Shown here piece after piece: positions 5,040 through 11,235 of a DNA stretch of 11,235 bases. The notes under the pieces are model-generated. The model was not told the DNA's origin. It worked only from the letters and a program-made list of their open reading frames with translations, and ran no database searches. Both the position numbers and the translations under genes were made by a program. Source of the DNA: an uncultured Myxococcales bacterium (GTDB lineage Bacteria; Myxococcota; UBA727; CAYLZW01); contig CAYLZW010000198.1 in the NCBI GenBank assembly GCA_964388085.1, positions 1-11,235 of the forward strand, written 5' to 3'. Position 1 is the first letter of the stretch; each line of letters opens with the position of its first letter.

Positions 5040-7104
5040 CGAGCGCGAGGCGAGCGGCTTCATCGTGCACGTGGGGGGTCCGCGCCCGGTCCTCGACAGT
5101 CAGGAGTGGGTCACGACCCAGAACCCGTACGGCTTCGAGCTCGGCGACGTGAACGGCGACGGGCACCTCGATCTGTGGCTGGCAGCGGACCCCACCAGCA
5201 TCCGACTCGGTGACGGCGTGAGCTTCTCCGACGGCCAGGAGCTCTACCACTGGGGCGCCGACGACACCCGACTGGTGGACGTCGACGGCGACGGCGATCT
5301 CGACGCGCTCTCGGTCGATGACTTCAGGGACAAGCTGCTCGTCTCGCGCAACAACGGCCACGGAAACTTCGGCACGCCCGCCGAGTACACGGTCGCCAAC
5401 GCCGCGCAGATCGCGCCGGGCGACTTCGACGGCGACGGCGACACGGACATTGTCATCCGCCAGAACCAATACGGCCCGGGCGAGCTGCTGCTTTATGTCA
5501 ATGACGGGCTCGGCGGCTTCTCACCCGGCGCCCCCGTCGGGGCCAGCGCGGCGGAAGTGCTCGTCACGGATCTCGACGGCGACGGCTACCCCGACCTCGT
5601 CTCGCTCAGCGGCCCGACCATCAGCACGCACTTCGCCGACGGTGACGGCACCTTCGTCGCCGGCCCGAGCTTCGCGCCGGCCGGCAGTCAGGACGTGCGA
5701 GGGCTCGACGTCGGCGACGTAGACGCGGATGGCGACGTCGACATCGTCAGCAACGGGCGCATCGGCTTCGACGGCTTCCGCTGGACGGTCCTGAACAATG
5801 GCGACCGCACCTTCGGCGCCCCGCTACAAGGCAGCGCCCCCTGGCTCGCGGAGCAGCTCACGCTCGGCGACGTGAACAATGACGGACGCGTCGACATTCT
5901 GTTCGATGGCGCCGGCGTGTACGTCGGCGACGGTAGCGGCGGCTTTGTCTCCTCAATGACCGTGTCGGGCGGAGCTGGCGGCGATCACGTGACGCTCCTC
6001 GACGTGAGCGGAGACGGCGTCCTCGACCTGCTGCACTCCTCGCTGCGAGCGGGCCGCTTCGGCGTGCAGCGCGGCTTCTGCGACGGCACCTTCGAGCGCC
6101 CCGAGGGAGCGCCGCTCCCCGCCCAGGCGTGGGCGCAGGCGCTGGCCGACTTCGACGGCGACGGCGACCTCGACTCTGCCGTCGGCCTACGCGACAGCGA
6201 CCTCAGCGTCGTGCTCTCGAACGACGGCGCCGGCGACTTCAGCGTCGGCAGCCCCTTCGCCATGGTGCACGACTGGGGCGTCATGGTGAGCGGTGACCTG
6301 AACGGCGACGGCCGCGCGGACCTGCTCTCGGGCGGCAGCAGCGGCGTGCACGCCATGCTCGGCGCCGCGGACGGCAGCTTCAGCACCGGCCCGGTGCACA
6401 GCACCGGCGCTCGCCCCATCACGCTCGAGCTCGCGGACGTCAACGACGACGGCCACCTTGATCTGCTCGCGGCGCACTACAACACGGGCCTCCTCACGGT
6501 CTCGCTCGGCGTGGGCGACGGCGACTTCCTTACGCCGGTCACCTCGCTGCCCATCGCCAACGGCGGAGCGGACGCCGCGCGCTTCGCCGACCTCGACGTG
6601 GACGGTCACCTCGACGTGGTCGCGCTGCTCGGCAACGGGCTGCGCGTCTACTGGGGCGACGGCGCCGGAGGCTTCGCCGCGAGCAGCGACTTCGCCATCA
6701 CGACCTACGCGGACGGCGAGTCGCTCGTCGTCGGTGACTTCAACGCCGACGGGCTGCCCGACGTGGCGGTCAGCACGGTGTGGGTGAACGCGGACCTCTT
6801 CATCCACTTCGGCGAGGGCGCCCGCGCGCTGTCGGACGCGACTCGGCTCGATATCCAGGCCGACTGGGTCGACAGCATGCTGGCGTTCGACGTGAGCGGT
6901 GACGGCGTCGATGACCTCGTCGTCTCGAACGTGAACGGGGTCGGCTTCAGCGTCTATGTCTCGGACGGCGTGGGCGGCTTTTATCCGCCCGTCGGCTACT
7001 GGAACCGCACCTGGGGCCTCGCCCAGGGTGACGCGGACGGCGACGGCATCGACGACGTCTGGTTCCTGCTGAACCACGACTCCCTCGGCGTGCTGCTGCA
7101 ATAG
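4981..7104 (+). CDS. FG-GAP/VCBS-repeat protein with 14 repeats (predicted two 7-bladed beta-propellers); start uncertain, possibly 5'-truncated
   Basis: There are fourteen DxDGDGxxDh Ca-binding-loop repeats spaced about 45-55 aa apart (GDVNGDGHLDLW, VDVDGDGDLDAL, GDFDGDGDTDIV, ...). Most are followed by an h.h.N.G.G.F half, which is integrin-alpha-type FG-GAP architecture. The frame is strongly GC3-biased for 2.1 kb. The only available start is GTG 4981. The 40 N-terminal residues have no hydrophobic signal peptide. Confidence 0.8.
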   Translation: MRRSTVVSTWAWRSCLAPYDEREASGFIVHVGGPRPVLDSQEWVTTQNPYGFELGDVNGDGHLDLWLAADPTSIRLGDGVSFSDGQELYHWGADDTRLVDVDGDGDLDALSVDDFRDKLLVSRNNGHGNFGTPAEYTVANAAQIAPGDFDGDGDTDIVIRQNQYGPGELLLYVNDGLGGFSPGAPVGASAAEVLVTDLDGDGYPDLVSLSGPTISTHFADGDGTFVAGPSFAPAGSQDVRGLDVGDVDADGDVDIVSNGRIGFDGFRWTVLNNGDRTFGAPLQGSAPWLAEQLTLGDVNNDGRVDILFDGAGVYVGDGSGGFVSSMTVSGGAGGDHVTLLDVSGDGVLDLLHSSLRAGRFGVQRGFCDGTFERPEGAPLPAQAWAQALADFDGDGDLDSAVGLRDSDLSVVLSNDGAGDFSVGSPFAMVHDWGVMVSGDLNGDGRADLLSGGSSGVHAMLGAADGSFSTGPVHSTGARPITLELADVNDDGHLDLLAAHYNTGLLTVSLGVGDGDFLTPVTSLPIANGGADAARFADLDVDGHLDVVALLGNGLRVYWGDGAGGFAASSDFAITTYADGESLVVGDFNADGLPDVAVSTVWVNADLFIHFGEGARALSDATRLDIQADWVDSMLAFDVSGDGVDDLVVSNVNGVGFSVYVSDGVGGFYPPVGYWNRTWGLAQGDADGDGIDDVWFLLNHDSLGVLLQ

Positions 7105-7264
7105 CAGGGTGCTGAAAAACGCTGCCTCGCTCGCCGCGCGGTGCGAAGCCCCATGATACGAGCGCTGCTTCGAGTCCGGCGATCCGGCAACTGTCGTCGA
7201 GAAACGCTCGCGAGTCGATCCGATCGATGCGACGAACCAGCGCTCGCGGAGCTCTCGCGTGCCC

Positions 7265-7348
7265 TCAGGGCAGGTCGTACTCGTGCCAGATGGCGAGGAA
7301 CGTCAGCACGGGTGCGAGCACGCCAATGATGCCCGCGAGCAGCGACAT
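7265..7348 (-). CDS. Possible small hydrophobic peptide (27 aa, single TM): MSLLAGIIGVLAPVLTFLAIWHEYDLP
   Basis: A short ATG-initiated ORF sits 178 nt downstream of the NadK-like gene on the same strand. 25 of 27 codons end in G/C, consistent with genuine coding in this genome. It could extend upstream via GTG/TTG to about 45-50 aa with a second hydrophobic segment. No family was recognised. Confidence 0.25.
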   Translation of the reverse strand: MSLLAGIIGVLAPVLTFLAIWHEYDLP

Positions 7349-7526
7349 GCCCAACCTGAAGGGACGATCGGTCTCGGCGACGAGACCGCGGATGCGGCTC
7401 AAACGAAAAGCATTCACAAAGCCGATGATCGCGAGAACCCGACGCCGACGAGGAACGCGGCGTCGAACGAGCCTCGCCACAAGCGCACGATGACGGCCGC
7501 GAGCTCCTGTTCTCCTGCCCTCGCGC

Positions 7527-8417
7527 TCACGACGGCACCAGCAGCCGCAGTCGCTCGTCCGCTGCCCGCACCGTGACGCGCTGGCCGTACGGAAGGGAGA
7601 TGCAGTCGCGCTCCAGTCCGTCACCGAAGAGCACACCGCGCTCCATCTCGCTCGTGAGCTCGAGCGAGCCGTCAGCGTCGAGCACGCCTTGGGTCAGCGA
7701 TACGCCGGTGGTCAGCGACGGGAAGGCCTCCCGCACGAAAAAGCACAGGCCCGGATCCTCAGCGCCCGGCAAGGGAATGGCATCTCGGCGTTCGAGCGCA
7801 ATGGAGCGTGCCCAGCCGGTTGCGCCGGTGCCGCTCGCTACGATGAGGCCGGACGACGAGTGCCGCTCCTCCCGCTCCTCGAACAGGAGGAGATAGCGCG
7901 CGCTCTGGTGCGAGGCGTGGCCGATGAAGATCTCATTCAGCGCCCTTAGCCTCTGTCCGTCGCTGGTGCTCGCCTCGACGAGCGTGCGCTCTTCGAGGAC
8001 AGCGCCGCCGTGGACGGCGGCCTCGAACAGCGCCCTCGCCTGCTCGGGCCGGTGCCGCACGAGGACGCCATCGTAGAGGCCGGGGTTGAAGCCAATGACG
8101 ATCTGCCGGCGGAGGTATTTGGCGACATTGGCCACGAGGCCGTCCTGTCCGACGCACGCGACCACGTCCTCGGGCTCGAACAGGAAGCGATCCAGGTCGG
8201 CCCGGCCCACGTGTGCGCGGCGCCAATCGAGCGGGATGCTCGAGAGCACCGCGTCGCTGGCGCCGCGCACGAGCGCGTGGCGTGCCTCGACGTCCTCGAG
8301 GCGCTGCCCGCGAGTCTCGAGGAAGAAGCGCGCCTGGCTCCGCGTGCCATGGCGGTCCAGCAGCTCCTCCAGCTCGGTGGGGCGCGTGACGACGACAGCG
8401 CGGGGAGGGAGGGCCAT
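7527..8417 (-). CDS. NAD(+) kinase homologue (ATP-NAD kinase/DAGK_cat fold), divergent motifs
   Basis: Collinear NadK blocks are present. DVVACVGQDGLVANVA aligns with D.vv.lGGDGT.L.aa. IVIGFNPGLYDGVL aligns with PilGIN.G.LGFL. ALNEIFI aligns with aLNEvvi. SGLIVASGTGATGWARSIA aligns with [21 protein letters not shown]. The C-terminal DADGSLELT...GDGLERDCISL...VTV aligns with DGq....gd.i.i..s. The start is set at ATG 8417 (MALPPRAVVVTRP), 1 nt after the TGA of the upstream SPFH gene. The ORF-track start at 8480 is rejected. Confidence 0.7.
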   Translation of the reverse strand: MALPPRAVVVTRPTELEELLDRHGTRSQARFFLETRGQRLEDVEARHALVRGASDAVLSSIPLDWRRAHVGRADLDRFLFEPEDVVACVGQDGLVANVAKYLRRQIVIGFNPGLYDGVLVRHRPEQARALFEAAVHGGAVLEERTLVEASTSDGQRLRALNEIFIGHASHQSARYLLLFEEREERHSSSGLIVASGTGATGWARSIALERRDAIPLPGAEDPGLCFFVREAFPSLTTGVSLTQGVLDADGSLELTSEMERGVLFGDGLERDCISLPYGQRVTVRAADERLRLLVPS

Positions 8418-8418
8418 A

Positions 8419-9441
8419 TCAGGCCTGCTCCTCGAGCCGCTTTGCGCCCGCGCTCGCCAGGCGCTGCAGGAGCGGCCCAATGACCTCGGAGCCCACTGTC
8501 AGGTGCTCGATGGTCTGCAGCTTGCCCGCGAGCTCGCGCGCGGCGAGCCCGAGCAGGGCGTCGGAGGGGAGCGTGCGATAGATGTCCATGCGCGCGCGCT
8601 CGGCCTCGACGCGGGCGCGCTCGGTGACCTCGGTGGCCGCCGCTTGCGCTTCGGCCGTGAGGCGCACATCGGCGGCCTTGGCCTCGGACGCCACTCGCTT
8701 GGCGCGCGCCTGCTCCTCGGCGCGGCGTCGCTCATTCTGTCCCTGCTGATCGATGAGCTTCTCCTCGCGGCGGGCGAGCTCGAGCTGGTTCGCGAGCTCG
8801 TTCTCGGCGATGGCGCGCTCCTTCTCGACCGCCAGCGCGCGGCGCTGAAAGGTGGCCTCGTCGGCGCGCTGCTGAATCGACTCCCGCGTCGGCATCTGCA
8901 GAGCGCGCTCCATCTCGGCGCTCGGCGCCACCTGCGCCACACGGGCGGAGACGATCTCGATGCCCATGGCCTCGAGGCCGCCATCCCGCAGCAGCCCCTC
9001 GTGCACGTCGGCGCGCAGTCGCGCGAGGCCCTCCTCGAGGATGAGCCCGAGCGGCTGCTGCGCGAGCCAGGCGGTGGCGAGCTGCTGCGCGAGCTGTGTC
9101 AGCAGCCCTGCCAATTGATCGAGCGGCTGCTCGAGGTACGTGCCGGTCTTCGTGTCGAGCGCGAAGCTCAAGCGCTGCGAGACGAGCTCGGGCGCGAGCA
9201 CGCGGTAGGTGATGACGCCCTGCACGACGACCTCCTGGAAGTCACGGCTGCGACCGTGAAACAGGAAGGGCACGTCGCGGTCGTCGAGCGGCACCTCGAG
9301 GAGGCTGGTGCCGAGCGGCAAAAACCAGAAGCTCAGCCCACGCCCCGCCCGCTTCACCTCGCCGTTCTTGACGTGCACCAGGTGGCTCGTGGGCTCCCCG
9401 CGCACGTGCCGAACGACTCCGAAGGACGACAGCTCTGCCAT
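8419..9441 (-). CDS. SPFH/band-7 (stomatin/flotillin-like) domain protein with Ala/Glu/Arg-rich coiled-coil tail, no N-terminal TM segment
   Basis: The start ATG at 9441 (MAELSSFGVV) is preceded by AGGAGG with a 6-nt spacer. The N-terminal segment VRHVRGEPTSHLVHVKNGEVKRAGRGLSFWFLPLGTSLLEVPLDDRDVPFLFHGRSRDFQEVVVQGVITYRVLAP fits the SPFH core pattern (v.v..ge.a.v...G.....pG.hf..P....v..v.lr......t.D...v.vd..v.yrv.dp). A long EA-rich helical region follows (AVEKERAIAENELANQLELARREEKLIDQQ...AEEQARAKRVASEAKAADVRLTAEAQAAATEVTERARVEAERAR), as in flotillin-like proteins. The 134-aa Arg/Ser-rich N-terminal extension in the ORF track is rejected as untranslated. Confidence 0.7.
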   Translation of the reverse strand: MAELSSFGVVRHVRGEPTSHLVHVKNGEVKRAGRGLSFWFLPLGTSLLEVPLDDRDVPFLFHGRSRDFQEVVVQGVITYRVLAPELVSQRLSFALDTKTGTYLEQPLDQLAGLLTQLAQQLATAWLAQQPLGLILEEGLARLRADVHEGLLRDGGLEAMGIEIVSARVAQVAPSAEMERALQMPTRESIQQRADEATFQRRALAVEKERAIAENELANQLELARREEKLIDQQGQNERRRAEEQARAKRVASEAKAADVRLTAEAQAAATEVTERARVEAERARMDIYRTLPSDALLGLAARELAGKLQTIEHLTVGSEVIGPLLQRLASAGAKRLEEQA

Positions 9442-9496
9442 CTCGCGCCTCCTGCTGTGGCGCCGCAGCGCCGTTGTCCGTGTCTCTCTCTCCCCA

Positions 9497-10252
9497 TCAC
9501 AGCGCCGAGCGACGAATGAAGCGGTACATCTCCGCCGGGCGGTACGCGACCTCGCGCTCGCGCTCGCCGGTGGCCTCGATGTGGCCGCTCGCGAGCATTC
9601 GCCGGCGAAAGGAATCCTTATTGAGCGCCTCGCCGCGAATGGCCTCGTGGACCTCCTGCAGCGCGCGCAACGGGAAGCTCTCGGGAAGCAGCTGGAAGCC
9701 GACCGGGCTGTAGTCGATCTTTCCGCGCAGCCGCTTGAGCGCCATGCCGAGGATGTCGGCGTGGTCGACGAACAGCGGCAGCTCCTCTCCGTCCGCCGTG
9801 AGCGCGCGCGCCGGGCCGCCGACCTCTCCCGGCCAGTCCGCACAGGCGAGCGCGCTCAAGGCGCCCCGCTCGGCCGCGATGGCTTCGAAGGCGGGCGGCG
9901 CCACCAGCGCATAATAGGCGACGGTGATGACGCGCGTCCGCGGGTCGCGCTTCACGCTGCCGAACGTGTACAGCTGCTCGAGGAACACTCCCTCGAGGCC
10001 GGCCTTCTCGCGCAGCACGCGGCGGGCGGCGTCGTCGAGTGACTCGGTAATGCAGACGAAGCCGCCGGGCAGCGCATAGCGCCCGCGCTGCGGTGGCTCC
10101 TGCCGGCGATAGAGCGCCACTTGCAAGCTTCCTTCGCGCACCGTGAGCACGACGACGTCGACCGCCACCGACGGCCGCTCAAAGGCGCTCGCGTCGTAGC
10201 TCGCGAGGAACGCGCGCTCAGCTGGATCAGGTTTGGGATGACGCTCGGCCAC
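9497..10252 (-). CDS. nrtR: NrtR-family Nudix-related transcriptional regulator (N-terminal ADP-ribose-binding Nudix fold with degenerate Nudix box + C-terminal winged helix)
   Basis: The C-terminal FPLRALQEVHEAIRGEALNKDSFRRRMLASGHIEATGE...RPAEMYRF closely matches the NrtR DNA-binding domain signature (F.l.eLQ.vYEaiLGk.ldK.nFRRk....g.iE.TGe....RPA.lYRF). The N-terminal SVAVDVVVLTV...LPGGFV...ARRVLREKAGLEG is a Nudix fold whose REx2EE box is degraded to RRVLREK. The GTG start at 10252 sits immediately after an in-frame TAA and has a GAGGT RBS. Confidence 0.8.
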   Translation of the reverse strand: MAERHPKPDPAERAFLASYDASAFERPSVAVDVVVLTVREGSLQVALYRRQEPPQRGRYALPGGFVCITESLDDAARRVLREKAGLEGVFLEQLYTFGSVKRDPRTRVITVAYYALVAPPAFEAIAAERGALSALACADWPGEVGGPARALTADGEELPLFVDHADILGMALKRLRGKIDYSPVGFQLLPESFPLRALQEVHEAIRGEALNKDSFRRRMLASGHIEATGEREREVAYRPAEMYRFIRRSAL

Positions 10253-10303
10253 TTAGATACCTCATGCATCTAAGTCTTATATGCGCTGTGTATCTAAGGC
10301 AAG
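10252..10303 (-). promoter_or_regulatory. Candidate NrtR operator/promoter: three copies of 9-mer half-site CTTAGATAC (10252-10260 direct; GCATCTAAG 10266-10274 and GTATCTAAG 10290-10298 inverted) with -10 TATAAG (10276-10281, minus) and -35 TTGCCT (10297-10302, minus)
   Basis: Read directly, CTTAGATAC-N5-GcATCTAAG forms a 23-bp near-palindrome, and a third perfect inverted 9-mer lies 15 nt further on. The half-sites overlap the start codon, the RBS, the stretch just downstream of the -10, and the -35/spacer of a plausible sigma70-like promoter. This is the classic arrangement for an autorepressor. The region is AT-rich relative to its surroundings. Confidence 0.45.
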
Positions 10304-10322
10304 CCGCGGCAGCGGATCTGTC

Positions 10323-11235
10323 TCACAACAGCCCGAGCGCGTGCGCCGCGCGGTAGGCGACGATGCGCAGGTGTCCGTCGCGCAGCAGCTCGGGAGCGCC
10401 GAGTAGCTCGCGCAATCTCACCCACAACAGCGGACACTCGCGCGCCGCGCGCACCTCGGCGGCGAAGGGATGCACCACCTCGGGGGTGGCGCCCGAGCTC
10501 GGGTGGTAGCGGCCGCCCAGCACGGTCAGCTCCCCTATCTCGACCCCGAGCGTGCCGAGCAGCTGCTCGCGCAAGAAGCGCTCGGCGGCGCTCATGCCGT
10601 CGACGTCGACGGGCAGGCGCCAGGCGGGCGCGCTGAGCAGGTCGCTGTTGCCCGTGATGCACTGGGCCGCCGGGTGGTCGCCGTCTTCGATGCCGATGTA
10701 CACGTCGGTCGCGTTACGCCAGAGGAGCGCGAGCGACGCCGTGCGCACGCTTCGGGTGCGAGGCTCGACGTACTCGAAGGTCTGGCTCGCGAGCACGCGG
10801 CCTTCGGCGTCGAGCTCGTCGAAGCGACGGCAGCGCACTTGCAGAAAGCCGCTCGAGGCCGAGCTGTCCACGGGCTCGAAGGCGCGGCGCGCCGGTCGAC
10901 GGGCGAGCGTGTCGACGGTAGTGATGCGGAGGCGCGCCTTGTCCTTCGACTCCGGGAGGGCGAGCTCGGCGCCGATCCACGGGCCGAGATCTTTGCCGAG
11001 GTGCGCCAGCAGCGCATAGACATTGAGCTCGAGCCGTGCGTCGGGCAGGCCGCCGACCTGCGCGGCGCGCAACAGTTGGCGCGCCTCCACCGCCGCCACG
11101 CGCCCTGACGTCGAGAAGCCGGAGCTCGCGGGCACGTCGCGCTGCACGAGCACGGGCTGCATGCGCACCCACATGGAGCGCACCTCCTCGCGCAGGCCGC
11201 CGGGCGACAGGTAATAGGTGGCGCCCGGCGTGAAC
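10323..11235 (-). CDS. NudF-like (ADP-ribose pyrophosphatase fold) Nudix-family protein with degenerate catalytic box; 5' end outside window
   Basis: The C-terminal half aligns with E. coli NudF-type ADPRases. LLSAPAWRLPVDVDGMSAAERFLREQLLGTLGVE aligns with LLEmvAGmiEeGEsvEdvArREaiEEaGl, with the catalytic EE replaced by LG. GGRYHPSSGATPEVVHPFAAEV aligns with sFlaSPGgtsErssimvgEV / yySpGfsdE.ihlFlA. The reading frame stays open to the window edge (...ATYYLSPGGLREEVRSMWVRM...), so the true start is beyond 11235. The stop is TGA 10325-10323. Confidence 0.55.
   Translation of the reverse strand, partial: FTPGATYYLSPGGLREEVRSMWVRMQPVLVQRDVPASSGFSTSGRVAAVEARQLLRAAQVGGLPDARLELNVYALLAHLGKDLGPWIGAELALPESKDKARLRITTVDTLARRPARRAFEPVDSSASSGFLQVRCRRFDELDAEGRVLASQTFEYVEPRTRSVRTASLALLWRNATDVYIGIEDGDHPAAQCITGNSDLLSAPAWRLPVDVDGMSAAERFLREQLLGTLGVEIGELTVLGGRYHPSSGATPEVVHPFAAEVRAARECPLLWVRLRELLGAPELLRDGHLRIVAYRAAHALGLL

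Noticed and set aside
4747-5469. 240-aa minus-strand ORF, and 6187..7101 (-) 304 aa
   Set aside because: Both are antisense to the FG-GAP repeat gene. The repeat periodicity produces long open antisense frames, and the products are Val/Ala/Arg-rich with no motifs.
7174-7230. Small palindromes TCGATCCGATCGA (7215-7227) and CCGG-cgat-CCGG between the convergent FG-GAP and small-peptide ORFs as a bidirectional terminator
   Set aside because: The stems are short, with no flanking U/A tracts. This is weak evidence, and I note it only as a possible transcript end.
7527-8480. Longer starts for the NadK-like (8480) and SPFH (9843) genes
   Set aside because: The extensions are Arg/Ser-rich and overlap the upstream genes. 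Internal ATGs at 8417 and 9441 have an SD sequence and tight coupling, and the domain homology begins right after them.
8086-9519. 477-aa plus-strand ORF
   Set aside because: It is antisense to the SPFH and NadK-like genes, both of which have collinear family signatures. It is a Leu/Arg/Ala-rich artefact.
1-11235. CRISPR arrays, tRNA/rRNA genes, IS elements/transposases, integrases
   Set aside because: There are no regularly spaced direct repeats, no cloverleaf-capable segments, and no ORF with transposase or integrase motifs (DDE, tyrosine recombinase R..H..R.Y). Apparent repetition inside 5100-7100 is the protein-level FG-GAP repeat.

Overview
This is a very GC-rich window (roughly 70% by eye) with high-GC3 codon usage and many Arg/Ala-rich spurious antisense ORFs. 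The FG-GAP DxDGDGxxD repeats and FHA protein hint at Myxococcota or a high-GC actinobacterium (inference). I found no rRNA, tRNA, CRISPR array or obvious IS/transposase.

The left two thirds read as a decayed toxin-antitoxin / defence island. It holds a minus-strand AbiEi-like regulator, an AbiEii-like nucleotidyltransferase and a Gp37/Gp68 (DUF5131) three-Cys protein. Upstream lies a nested palindromic operator that includes a perfect 25-bp palindrome. Next come DUF433 with a truncated DUF5615 partner, a tandem-FHA protein, an orphan addiction-module antitoxin, and a 38-aa remnant of an MNT nucleotidyltransferase. That remnant overlaps the start of a 14-repeat FG-GAP (double beta-propeller) protein that lacks a signal peptide.

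The right third looks like a single NAD/ADP-ribose-themed module on the minus strand. A partial NudF-like Nudix-fold gene with a degenerate catalytic box is followed by a 70-nt operator region carrying three copies of a 9-mer (CTTAGATAC). After it come an NrtR-type Nudix-related regulator, an SPFH/band-7 protein, a divergent NAD-kinase homologue and a possible 27-aa hydrophobic peptide. This NrtR-SPFH-NadK-like module is my best candidate for an undescribed system; the AbiE-like pair extended by a DUF5131 gene is the second. All family assignments rest on motifs read by eye, with no searches run.
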